DNA of 64,000 nucleotides from assembly GCA_964501065.1 (NCBI GenBank), contig CAZCRF010000006.1, positions 204-64,203 on the forward strand. Direction: 5' to 3'. Each line of letters starts with the position of its first letter. Positions within the stretch are counted from its first letter, which is position 1. The stretch is from an uncultured Fibrobacter sp. (GTDB lineage Bacteria > Fibrobacterota > Fibrobacteria > Fibrobacterales > Fibrobacteraceae). Positions 18,488-27,227 of this stretch are shown piece after piece. Made by a program: the position numbers and the translations under genes. The notes beneath the pieces are model-generated. The model did not search any database. It was given only the letters and a program-made list of their open reading frames with translations, and was not told the origin of the DNA.

Positions 18488-19384
18488 TTACGCCCGCGGG
18501 TGCGCTTTTTTGAAGCTTTCCTTGAGGCGTTCCGCGGAGACGTGGGTGTAGACCTGTGTCGTGGCGAGGCTCGAATGCCCGAGCATTTCCTTGACGCTCA
18601 TGATGTCCGCTCCGTTTTCGAGCAGATGCGTGGCGAAGCTGTGCCGGAGTACGTGCGGGCTGGCTTTCCCCTCCCAGCCGATGCTTTGCAGCAAATTGCG
18701 GATGTCCCGCCGCAAGGTGCGCACGTTGTGCGCCTCTCCGTGTTCGTTCAAGAATACGGGGGCTTTTGGGGAAGGGAAGCGGCCGACTTCTTCTAGCTTG
18801 AATTTGTACGCAGAAAACCATTCGACGGCGGTGCGGGTCAGGGGAACGGCCCGTTCCTTTTCCCCCTTTCCGATAGTCCTCACGGTGCAGTTCGCAAAGT
18901 CGAGTCGAATCCAGGTCAGGCTTTGGCATTCCGAAATGCGCAGTCCCGAACCGTAAATCAGTTCGAGCAAGACGCGGGCGCGGACCATGGGGAGCGTGGG
19001 GTTTTCAATCTTCGGGAAGTTCGACAGGGACAAGTCCTTTTGGGAGAGGAAGGCGACAAGCCGCTTGGGGCGTTTGGGGATGGGAATCGTCTCTGCGGGG
19101 TTGATGTCGATGAGGTGGCTGCGTACGAGGTATTTCCCGAAACTTTTGATGCAGGCGATGTGCAGGCCGATGCTTGTCGCCTGGAGGTTTTCCGCCTTTC
19201 GCATTTCCCAGACGAATGCGCGGATGGAAGCCGTCGTGAAGTCTTCCAAGGAAGCTTCTGCGGGCATGTGGGAAAGGTATTTGGAAAGGGATTCGCGGTA
19301 AGTCCGGACGGTGCGCGGGGAAAAGCGCCGTTCCGCGGCGATGTACTGCAGAAAATTTTCAGCATGTTCCGAAAGGAGTCCCAT
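18488..19384 (-). CDS. xerC: Tyrosine recombinase XerC/XerD family
   Basis: GSGLRISE, GKGEKER, PHVLRHSFATHLLENGAD and LGHSSLATTQVYTH give the full R-K-H-R-H-Y set. Confidence 0.88.
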   Translation of the reverse strand: MGLLSEHAENFLQYIAAERRFSPRTVRTYRESLSKYLSHMPAEASLEDFTTASIRAFVWEMRKAENLQATSIGLHIACIKSFGKYLVRSHLIDINPAETIPIPKRPKRLVAFLSQKDLSLSNFPKIENPTLPMVRARVLLELIYGSGLRISECQSLTWIRLDFANCTVRTIGKGEKERAVPLTRTAVEWFSAYKFKLEEVGRFPSPKAPVFLNEHGEAHNVRTLRRDIRNLLQSIGWEGKASPHVLRHSFATHLLENGADIMSVKEMLGHSSLATTQVYTHVSAERLKESFKKAHPRA

Positions 19385-19444
19385 ACCTTCAAAATTTACA
19401 AGTTTTGGGAGAAATTGCGGTCGGAAAATTTTATCTTGTGGAAA

Positions 19445-20608
19445 ATGTCGCGGATTGCTTTGACCGGATCACTCTTCCTCCTCGTGCTTGCCCTTTTCGA
19501 AGCGCAGGCCGCCACTCGCGTCGTCGGGGCGAACGGATCTCTGGAAATCCATGCAGGGGCGCGGACTTCCGCTCTCGGTGGGGCGGCCGTCTCGGTGGAC
19601 CGGGACTTGTTGGAGCTTTCTTCGAATCCGCAGCAGCTTTCTTCGGCGAAGAACTCCTGGGTGGCGTTCAGCCATGTAGCCTATTACGAAGACACAAAGT
19701 ACGATTACGGAGCGGTGCAATTTCCCCTGGGGGATTTGGGCGGCTTGGGAATCGCCTTTTCGCGGTTCGGCGCGGACGGAATCCCTCGAATCGCCGAAGG
19801 GGACGCTTTGCCGGAAGGCGACGAATACAAGACGTTCTCGATTGCGGATTATCTGTTCACCGTCGCTTGGGGGCGCAGTTTTTGGAAGGACCGGTTGGAC
19901 GTGGGCGTTTCGTTCCACGGGCTTTACCGGGAATTGGACCAGACCGGTTGGGGGTTCCGGGGCGACTTGGGCGCGAACTTTCACGTGGTGCGACAATTGA
20001 CGGTTTCATCATTCCTCAAGGGATGGACGTCTTCCGCCGTGTCGTGGGAAGAGGGGACGGTCGAATACAGTTCCCCGGAATGGTATTTGGGAATCCGCGC
20101 GGAACAACCGATTTCTTACTTCTACGGGAAAATCTCCGTCTATTGGCAGAGCGCCGGAATCTTGCATCGGGAAGACCGCGACTTGGATTACGATGGAGAC
20201 TTTCGGGGCGGTCGCTTTTGGGAGCACCCGGTCGATTGGCTGGGCGGCGGTCGCGCGGGAGTTGAATTCGCTTTCGACTTCGGACTTTCCTTGCGAGGGG
20301 GGCTTGCGAGTCTTTCGGAATGGGAAAGTTGGACTGCCGGGGCGGGTTTCGCCCTTTCGAATTGGCTTCGGGTCGATTACGCCTTTGAATCCCATCCGAC
20401 CCTTTCCGCCGTGCACCGGGTCAGCCTGGAGTTTTGTCCGGGCCTCTTCCTTTATCCGCAAAAGAAGGCGAAGGCCCCCGCGTATGAGGAAAAGGAAACT
20501 TCGCAGAAAGTGGATGACCGGAAGAGTTCCGTGTCCGAAATGGAGCCGGAAGAATCCGTCGATTCCTTTGACGGGGAATCTGCGGGCGGCATTTATTGGG
20601 AGGAATAA
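19445..20608 (+). CDS. PorV/PorQ family outer-membrane beta-barrel protein
   Basis: Signal peptide. LEIHAGARTSALGG...NPQQL N-terminal pattern and VDYAF...HRVSLEF C-terminal strand pattern. Start moved to ATG 19445. Confidence 0.8.
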   Translation: MSRIALTGSLFLLVLALFEAQAATRVVGANGSLEIHAGARTSALGGAAVSVDRDLLELSSNPQQLSSAKNSWVAFSHVAYYEDTKYDYGAVQFPLGDLGGLGIAFSRFGADGIPRIAEGDALPEGDEYKTFSIADYLFTVAWGRSFWKDRLDVGVSFHGLYRELDQTGWGFRGDLGANFHVVRQLTVSSFLKGWTSSAVSWEEGTVEYSSPEWYLGIRAEQPISYFYGKISVYWQSAGILHREDRDLDYDGDFRGGRFWEHPVDWLGGGRAGVEFAFDFGLSLRGGLASLSEWESWTAGAGFALSNWLRVDYAFESHPTLSAVHRVSLEFCPGLFLYPQKKAKAPAYEEKETSQKVDDRKSSVSEMEPEESVDSFDGESAGGIYWEE

Positions 20609-20623
20609 GGTATATTGTCGAAT

Positions 20624-21244
20624 ATGAACGAATTGAAGAATTTTCGTGCAGTGGGTCTTTTCGACCTCCTTTCGGCGCCGGTCACGCCCATCGGGGCTTT
20701 TGACGCGGAACAATTCAAAAAGGACGTGCGCCCCTTGTTTGAAAAGGGATCGAAGTTCATCGCCGTGGATTTGACCGGCTTGGACTTCTTGTACAGCGAC
20801 GCGTGCAGCGCATTCAACATGGTCCGGCAGGAGCTTTCCCCTCTTGGCGGAGCCTTCGGCGTCTTGACCGACAACGATATTGTCGTGGATTGTTTGCAGA
20901 AGGCTGGCCTAGACAGGAACTTGCTCGTGTTCCGCAAGGAAGCGGACATGATGGCGTTCTCGATGAAGGAGACCGGTCTGCAGGAGGATGAGCCGAAGAA
21001 GGGAGCGGAACAAATCGTCTCCTCGGCGAATTCCCACGCAATGCCGTCGCAAGATTCGGGGAGGCGTCGGGTGACGGGACGGTTCACCAAGAGCTTCAAC
21101 GCCATTCGAAAGGATGCAAAGCCGCTTACCGGCGGAATGGAAAATCCGTTCCAAGAAAAGAAGTCTTCCGGTCGCATCTGGTTCCGCATCCTTCTCTTTT
21201 TGCTGCTCGCGGCCGCAGTCGCCGCCTTTGTCGTTTTGCGGTAA
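20624..21244 (+). CDS. STAS-domain protein with C-terminal TM anchor
   Basis: IAVDLTGLDFLYSD (STAS DLxxVxFIDS-like). Low-complexity linker and terminal hydrophobic helix. Confidence 0.75.
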   Translation: MNELKNFRAVGLFDLLSAPVTPIGAFDAEQFKKDVRPLFEKGSKFIAVDLTGLDFLYSDACSAFNMVRQELSPLGGAFGVLTDNDIVVDCLQKAGLDRNLLVFRKEADMMAFSMKETGLQEDEPKKGAEQIVSSANSHAMPSQDSGRRRVTGRFTKSFNAIRKDAKPLTGGMENPFQEKKSSGRIWFRILLFLLLAAAVAAFVVLR

Positions 21245-22179
21245 TGGCGTCCTTTCGCGAATACAGAAGCGGAAAGTTCGGCTGGAGACCCCAAAAGCGC
21301 ATTCCGGTGTTGCGGACTCTTTGCGTTTTGGCCTTGATTTATGCAGTCTATGCCAGCGGGACCGTGCAAAAGGCTTGGAACGTTGTCGGGGAATGGCGGC
21401 ATCGGGCGTCTGCGTTGTCGGAGGCTCTTCCTTTGGAATGGATTGGGCGATGTGAAAAATCCGGAGGCGAGGCGTTCCCGGTGAAAAATTCCCTGGGGCG
21501 GTGTTCGTGGGTGTTGACGTCCCCGGGGAAAGTTTCCCTTTTGCCGGAAAATGATTTTGTGCGTTATGCGGCGTCTGTCCCCGTTCTGCGGTATCCGCTG
21601 GCGGTGCATTGGATTGCCGACACGGCGGACTTTGAAACGCCCCTGTTGCTGGGGGTGCAGGGGGATTCGTTGAAAGCCTGGTTCTTCCGCTTGACCCTTC
21701 CGGATTCTTCTTTCGCTTGGGTCGATGGGGAGGGGTGCCGCGCATTGGAGCCGTGCCCCCACAATCCGCTCATGGGCGGCGCCATCCCGATTCTTTCGGA
21801 TTTTGATTTTGAAGGCAGGGAGGCTCTTTTGTTGAAAGACCTTTTTTCCGGGATTGGCGAGGCTCCCGTTTTCCCGGTGCTCCCCGGGAAGGTCGTGTCG
21901 CTTTCCGAGGATTCGTCCGGCTTTCGGATTTACATGGATCACGGGGGGAATCTGTTTTCTCGGATTTCGGAACTTCCGAACGTCTCCCCGGGAGTTGAAG
22001 TCGGCAGAAGCCTTTTGCAGGGCGAACCGTTGGGGCGCTTGTCCCCGAACGACAGCTCTTCCTTTTATTTGGAAATCTTGCGGAATGGACGTTTTGTCCG
22101 ATGGAAGAAGTTTTACGACGACGCGCATGTCGCGGATGCGGAAGACGTGGAATCCTTTCGACGGAAGTGGGGACTTTGA
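21244..22179 (+). CDS. Membrane-anchored protein with degenerate M23/LytM-like C-terminal domain
   Basis: PVFPVLPGKVV, IYMDHGGN, VEVGRSLLQGEPLG and FYLEILRNG follow the M23 layout, but the zinc histidines are absent. Confidence 0.65.
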   Translation: MASFREYRSGKFGWRPQKRIPVLRTLCVLALIYAVYASGTVQKAWNVVGEWRHRASALSEALPLEWIGRCEKSGGEAFPVKNSLGRCSWVLTSPGKVSLLPENDFVRYAASVPVLRYPLAVHWIADTADFETPLLLGVQGDSLKAWFFRLTLPDSSFAWVDGEGCRALEPCPHNPLMGGAIPILSDFDFEGREALLLKDLFSGIGEAPVFPVLPGKVVSLSEDSSGFRIYMDHGGNLFSRISELPNVSPGVEVGRSLLQGEPLGRLSPNDSSSFYLEILRNGRFVRWKKFYDDAHVADAEDVESFRRKWGL

Positions 22180-23306
22180 TGCGGCGGTTGCTTCTTTTTT
22201 TTGTCATCGCGCTGCTTTGCGCCTGTTCGCAGTCGGATGACGGACCGATTCCCGTTTACCCGGACGGTTTCTCCGTCGACGGTTACGGTTACGTCCTCTT
22301 TGCCGAGCTGGATTCCGGCAGCCGATTCCATCTTTACGGCGATACGGTGGAAATCGCCTTGGACAGCATGTGGACTTTCGGCAATTGCTTCTTGAAGCAG
22401 ATTGAAGTCGTCGCTTCCCACCCGGAAGACTCGATCCTTTCCCTGAAGGTGAATTTGGCTCTGGGGAACACGGGAGTCTCGGATTGTCCGCAGCCCCTCT
22501 TTCGCCCGGATACGGTGATCCGCATCCCCTTTCTTGCAACGTGGAAGGACGTTCGCGAAATCCGCGTCGAAGGGGACGCCCACAACGATTTCTTCAAGGA
22601 ATCCCCGGACACCTCCTCGGCGGCCTCTTCGACTTTCAAGGATTCCATCCTGGTGCGCCGGGGCGGCTTTTCGCGGGAAAGCGTGACCGTTTATCTGGAC
22701 TCCGCCTTTGGAAATCCCCATGCGTATCCGCGCAGAACGTCGAACGATACGGCGGGAATTCTCGCAATCGTGGACTCCTTCAAAGTGAAGGAATATCCTT
22801 ACCGCTTCATGGAATCCCGCTGCACGGAAATCCACGATTCCTGCGAAACGGTCCCGGACACGGTTTGGGGAAGACTCCGGACTGCGGACACCTCCCTTGT
22901 CCCCGTCCGTCTCTCGTGTGCCGAAGATTCAACGTCGGATGATGTCGTTTATTGCCTTTCCGCCGATTGGGAGGACGATTCGACAGCCGTCGGCGATTCC
23001 GTTTACATTTGGCGGGACACGACTTGGTCCACGTCGTTTTATTACGCGGAGAGGATACCGAAATGTTCGGGGGTGAATTCGGGGGATTTTTCGGGCGCGG
23101 TGACGGCCGGGCGTTATTACACGGCGAAGTTCATGCTCTTCGTCCCGGATGCGGAAGAATCGGGATGCGGCCCGGCGGCCTTGCCGGAATGGATTTTTTA
23201 TAGATTGAATCCGGTGACGGAAATTTTGGACTCCGCTTTGGCGGACACTCTCCTTGCGGCTTGGAAAAAGGCCTCCGTCGGATTGGAAGAGGAAGAAGAT
23301 GATTGA
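22179..23306 (+). CDS. Hypothetical Cys-rich, acidic lipoprotein
   Basis: MRRLLLFFVIALLCAC lipobox. TGATG overlap with the upstream gene. Confidence 0.8.
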   Translation: MRRLLLFFVIALLCACSQSDDGPIPVYPDGFSVDGYGYVLFAELDSGSRFHLYGDTVEIALDSMWTFGNCFLKQIEVVASHPEDSILSLKVNLALGNTGVSDCPQPLFRPDTVIRIPFLATWKDVREIRVEGDAHNDFFKESPDTSSAASSTFKDSILVRRGGFSRESVTVYLDSAFGNPHAYPRRTSNDTAGILAIVDSFKVKEYPYRFMESRCTEIHDSCETVPDTVWGRLRTADTSLVPVRLSCAEDSTSDDVVYCLSADWEDDSTAVGDSVYIWRDTTWSTSFYYAERIPKCSGVNSGDFSGAVTAGRYYTAKFMLFVPDAEESGCGPAALPEWIFYRLNPVTEILDSALADTLLAAWKKASVGLEEEEDD

Positions 23307-24021
23307 ATACGGCTTTTCTGAAGAAATCCCCGAAGCGGACAGGGCGTCCGTCCTGGAAAGTTCGCTTTTCCGGAATTGGCTTTCAACGGTGGAAAAAAAA
23401 TTCATCGTCACCAAGATTCACTTTTCGTCCGTGGATTTCCGCTTCAAGAATCATTCTCCGCTGTTCATCAAGTTGACGGCGACAGCCACTCTCTTTGACG
23501 GGAAGCCCGTCCACGGGATAGTCCTTGTCCGCGGGAACGCCGTCGGCGTCCTGGTGGTCTTGCGCTCGGAGGGGAAGCCTTATCTGTTGCTTGTCCGCCA
23601 ACCGCGCTTTCCCATTTCGGAAACGGAGTCCTTGGAAATTCCGGCGGGAATTCTCGATTGGTCCGGGGATTACCGCAAAGTCGCCCTTTCGGAATTGAAG
23701 GAAGAAGCGATGCTCGATGTCGAGGACGGCGAGCTGATCGATTTGACGGGATTTTACACTGAAGGACGGTTGGATGGCCATGCGGGGAGCTGCGGGCTCT
23801 TGGACGAGAGGATTCGCCTCTTCGCCGTGGAACGGGAAGTTTCCCCGGAGGACTTGAAACGCCTTGACGGCAGGAACCAGGAATACACGGACGAGGGGGA
23901 ATGGATTAAAACGGTCGTGCTGCCTTACGAAGAGGCCGGGAAACAGTTCATCGACAGCAAGAATCTCGTGGCGATGTTCCTGTATGAACGTTACCTGAAG
24001 GCCGTGGGCAGGCACTTGTGA
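23299..24021 (+). CDS. NUDIX hydrolase, plant NUDX14-like (putative NDP-sugar pyrophosphatase)
   Basis: LEIPAGILD...VALSELKEEA Nudix box. GIVLVRGNAVGVL, LIDLT and GLLDERIRLF segments. Confidence 0.85.
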   Translation: MIEYGFSEEIPEADRASVLESSLFRNWLSTVEKKFIVTKIHFSSVDFRFKNHSPLFIKLTATATLFDGKPVHGIVLVRGNAVGVLVVLRSEGKPYLLLVRQPRFPISETESLEIPAGILDWSGDYRKVALSELKEEAMLDVEDGELIDLTGFYTEGRLDGHAGSCGLLDERIRLFAVEREVSPEDLKRLDGRNQEYTDEGEWIKTVVLPYEEAGKQFIDSKNLVAMFLYERYLKAVGRHL

Positions 24022-25483
24022 GGGCGAATCGCCCCGAAGAGGTTTCGGCTTCGGCCCGGACGTAGGCGAAGTTCTCCAAGGAGATTTCGGCGAAGGCTTC
24101 GTAGGCGGGCTGAGTTTGGACGGAGACTTTTATTTCGGCTTCCCGTTCCTTTGGGGACGCCTTTTGGGCGAAGACGGAAAACGACTTCAATTCCCCGAAG
24201 TCCGGAGTGCTTTTGAAGCGGAAGGTCGCCGCGCCGTTTTCAAGAGTCCACCAGAGGGCGGGACCGTCGGTGACGAACAGGTTGTCTCCGCGGAATGCGT
24301 CCACGGGGTCCGAGCCTTTGACGACCGTTCGCACGTAGCCGAAGACGTGTGTCCGGGACTGTTTGAGCTTCAACAGGGGAATCTTCACTCCCGTGTATTC
24401 ATTCAGGTCTCCATGGGCGTCGTTTCCGCCGAGGGGCAACAGGAAGTTCCCCTTTTCAAGCTCCGAAACCCAGAAAGCCTTCCCCAAAAAGAAGCCGTCG
24501 TCCTTGGAGCCGTTCCAAAATTCCAGGCCGGCAATGGGATTCTCCGCCCCTTTTTGGAGGTCGCGTTCGCTCCAATTCCCCCGGCGGAAGATGAATCGTT
24601 CGATGCGCCCCATCTTTTCCATGGGATGCGCGGCGAAGCAGGGGAGTTTTGTCATTGCCGTGATTTGCGGAATGGAAAGGGTCGGTTTGTTGTCGAGCCA
24701 TTTTCGGCCGCAATCCCCCTCGCCCGGGACGAAAAAGGCGTTCCCGGGAAAGAGAAGGTGCACGTTCCTCCCCTCGGAATTCCCGGCGGACACTTCTTCC
24801 CCGGCGATGAGTTTCGGGTGTTCGGGGAGCCTTGCGATTTCTTCGCGGAGTGCCGCGTAGCGGAGTGCGGCGTCGGTGCGAACCATGTAATCGTCCTTGT
24901 CGAAGGCGAAATCGTAGGAATGGTCCGTGCAAAAGACGAAGTCCAGGCCGACGGCTTTGGCGGCGCGCTGCAGCACGTCCGGGGACGCTCCGAATTCCAC
25001 GGGATCCGCGGAAACGTAAGTGTGGGCGTGGGTGTCCCCGGCGATGTAGCCGTCCGGTTTGGGAATGGGGTGTTTCAAGACTTCCATCTGGAGCGGACTT
25101 TTCTTCAGTCCGGTGAGGTTGAACCGCTCGATGCGCTTCTTCTTTTTGCCGATGCGGACGATTGCCGTTGCGCGGACCTCGTATTTGCCGGGGGGGAGGT
25201 TCCCGCAGGGGACGGGGATGAATGCAAACGGCTCGGAGATGGATTTTTGGATTTTAAATGTTTGGGAGAAGCTTTTTTCGGCGGATGAAAATTCCGCCTC
25301 GAGGGATTCGACGGCCACGGGGAAACGGTTCGCTTCCCGAATGACAATGAACAGGGTCGGCTCTTCGCCCGGGACGATTTCAAACGGCGCATCGATGATG
25401 ATTTCCGGTTCTTTTTTGAACAGGACGGACCACGGGAGCTTGAACTTGTAGTGCATTTCCGCGTAATCCGGGTCGAAAATCAT
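23948..25483 (-). CDS. PHP-domain metallohydrolase (CehA/McbA-like)
   Basis: GDTHAHT, FCTDHS, AGEEVS, FAAHP, GLEFWNG and GGNDAHG. Start placed at ATG 25483 (MIFDPD). Confidence 0.82.
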   Translation of the reverse strand: MIFDPDYAEMHYKFKLPWSVLFKKEPEIIIDAPFEIVPGEEPTLFIVIREANRFPVAVESLEAEFSSAEKSFSQTFKIQKSISEPFAFIPVPCGNLPPGKYEVRATAIVRIGKKKKRIERFNLTGLKKSPLQMEVLKHPIPKPDGYIAGDTHAHTYVSADPVEFGASPDVLQRAAKAVGLDFVFCTDHSYDFAFDKDDYMVRTDAALRYAALREEIARLPEHPKLIAGEEVSAGNSEGRNVHLLFPGNAFFVPGEGDCGRKWLDNKPTLSIPQITAMTKLPCFAAHPMEKMGRIERFIFRRGNWSERDLQKGAENPIAGLEFWNGSKDDGFFLGKAFWVSELEKGNFLLPLGGNDAHGDLNEYTGVKIPLLKLKQSRTHVFGYVRTVVKGSDPVDAFRGDNLFVTDGPALWWTLENGAATFRFKSTPDFGELKSFSVFAQKASPKEREAEIKVSVQTQPAYEAFAEISLENFAYVRAEAETSSGRFALTSACPRPSGNVHTGTSPRDSCCR

Positions 25484-26277
25484 TCTTCCGCCTGCCGGGA
25501 ATGGATGACGCCGAAGCTGAAGCGGAACTGCAGCTGCAGCCCGCCCAAATCCCACTTCGCCTTGTCCGAGTCCGCGTCGGGGACGACTCCGGAAAACGGT
25601 TCGTCGGACTTGACGATGATGCGGGAATAACCGATGTCCCCGTAAATGTGGATGTTCTTCCAGGTGGCGGCCAAATAGCCGAGGCTCACGCCGAAGCCGT
25701 TTCCCCACGGGGAGGTTTCCGCATCGATGTGCCCCCAGCTCGAATAGATTTCCGTTCCCGGGAGCATCCAATACCAGCGGAACGCGATGCTGAAAAGGCT
25801 CGCGTTCGAGAGGGAAATGAGGTTCGACGGGATGGCGACGCGGTATTCCAAGAAGAGCGGCACGCCCTGCAGCGTGTAGCTGTAGTCGTGGATTTTATCC
25901 TTGCGGTCGGTGACGACGACGGATTCGTTGTCGTAGATGAAACCGGCACCGAGGCTCACGAAATGGCCGTTCCGCCATTGGACTTGAACGCCCGCCGTGA
26001 CGGGGAAGCAAAAGTTCACCTTTTGGAAATCCTGCTTGGCGACGTAGCTGCTTTCGGATGCCGTCAAGGCCTGTGCGCGGTAATTTTTGTAAATCGTGTC
26101 GATTGCCGCTTGGAATTTTTCGCGGTTGTCGAATCCGAGGAATGAAATCGACGGTTGGACGAAAAAGGCGAGGAGACTCCGTTCTTCGGAGTCGCTTTGC
26201 CCGGACATCCCCGAAGTGGCGTTGGCGGCGAAAAGGCCCGTGCAAAGGAGGAGAGTGGCCCAAAGTGCCCGAATCAA
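25480..26277 (-). CDS. Hypothetical exported protein, probable outer-membrane beta-barrel
   Basis: TTG start overlapping the bamD stop. Signal peptide, amphipathic strands and terminal LQFRFSFG. Confidence 0.7.
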   Translation of the reverse strand: MIRALWATLLLCTGLFAANATSGMSGQSDSEERSLLAFFVQPSISFLGFDNREKFQAAIDTIYKNYRAQALTASESSYVAKQDFQKVNFCFPVTAGVQVQWRNGHFVSLGAGFIYDNESVVVTDRKDKIHDYSYTLQGVPLFLEYRVAIPSNLISLSNASLFSIAFRWYWMLPGTEIYSSWGHIDAETSPWGNGFGVSLGYLAATWKNIHIYGDIGYSRIIVKSDEPFSGVVPDADSDKAKWDLGGLQLQFRFSFGVIHSRQAEE

Positions 26278-27155
26278 TCTTCGTCCTCGTCTTCGGGGTG
26301 CGCTTCCGCTTCTTCCTTCGCTTCCCTCTTTTCCAACAATTTCTGTTTCTGCTCCTTTTCGAGGCGCTTCTGGAAGTTCTTTTCGAGTTTCGCGATGTAA
26401 CGCTCCTGGTTTTCCGGCGAGTCCAGTCTCTTTTGGATGCTGTCCGGGACTGTCAGCCGGTAATTCTCCAAGTAGTAGCGTGCGGATTCGAATTGATCCA
26501 GTTCCGCATAGCTCTTGACAAGAAGAGCCAAGGCTTCCGGTCGCCGCTTGCTCTTCGGGTAAAGGTCCAGGAATTCCTTCATGTAGATGGCGGACGATTG
26601 CGGATGCCCGAGCTTGTGGTAAAGGCGCGCCGTGCGGAAGTCGCGCTCTGCCCGGCGTTCCGTGAGCAAGTTCAGGTAATGGTTGACGGAATCGGAGAGG
26701 GGGGATTCCGGGTGGTTGGACAGGAACTTTTCGAAGTCGCGCATGGCGAGGGTCGTGTTGGTCTCGTCCCGGTCGATGTTGTATTCGATGTTGAACGCGG
26801 CGACGGCCTTGCGGAATTCCGCCGTTTCGTTGAACGGGGAACTCGGGAAGTTGTTCACGAAACTGCCGTATTCTCCGCGGGCTTCCAGCCATTCTTCCAA
26901 GTTGAAGTAGCTCTCGGCCAGCAGGAACTGCGTCTGCTCCATGTAGCCCGTGCCGATGCAAAGGTTCAAAATTTCTTCGAGAGGGCCTTTGACGCGTCCG
27001 TAGTGGCCTTCCTTGAATTCCTTGTCGGCGGCGTCGAACCGGTTCTTGCACATTTGCGTGCGGTCGCCGCCGCCCTCGCTTGTCGCACAGGCGGACAGGG
27101 TGAAGATGCCGAAAGAGAGCAGGAGCGGCAAGAGGAAAGATTTATTTATGCGCAT
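26274..27155 (-). CDS. bamD: Outer membrane protein assembly factor BamD
   Basis: Lipobox LSAC and TPR-like repeats (QFLLAESYF, FPSSPF, IDRDETNT, YPKS). Terminal coiled coil. Confidence 0.9.
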   Translation of the reverse strand: MRINKSFLLPLLLSFGIFTLSACATSEGGGDRTQMCKNRFDAADKEFKEGHYGRVKGPLEEILNLCIGTGYMEQTQFLLAESYFNLEEWLEARGEYGSFVNNFPSSPFNETAEFRKAVAAFNIEYNIDRDETNTTLAMRDFEKFLSNHPESPLSDSVNHYLNLLTERRAERDFRTARLYHKLGHPQSSAIYMKEFLDLYPKSKRRPEALALLVKSYAELDQFESARYYLENYRLTVPDSIQKRLDSPENQERYIAKLEKNFQKRLEKEQKQKLLEKREAKEEAEAHPEDEDED

Positions 27156-27227
27156 GAGTCCGTCTTGAAAAGGATGGAACGGGTTTCAAGTTTCTAAATT
27201 AGCAAAAAAACAGAGTTTGAAATAGCC

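Noticed and set aside
18488-19384. Phage or island integrase marking a mobile element
   Set aside because: Size and motifs fit chromosomal XerC/D. The flanks are housekeeping genes, and I saw no att repeats, tRNA or full dif site.
18923-19444. ORF-track N-terminal extensions (also at 2525, 3820, 11845, 25771, 27051, 28139, 35918, 39396, 56816 and 60473)
   Set aside because: They overlap neighbouring genes or promoters. Signal peptides and family N-termini begin at the downstream starts I used.
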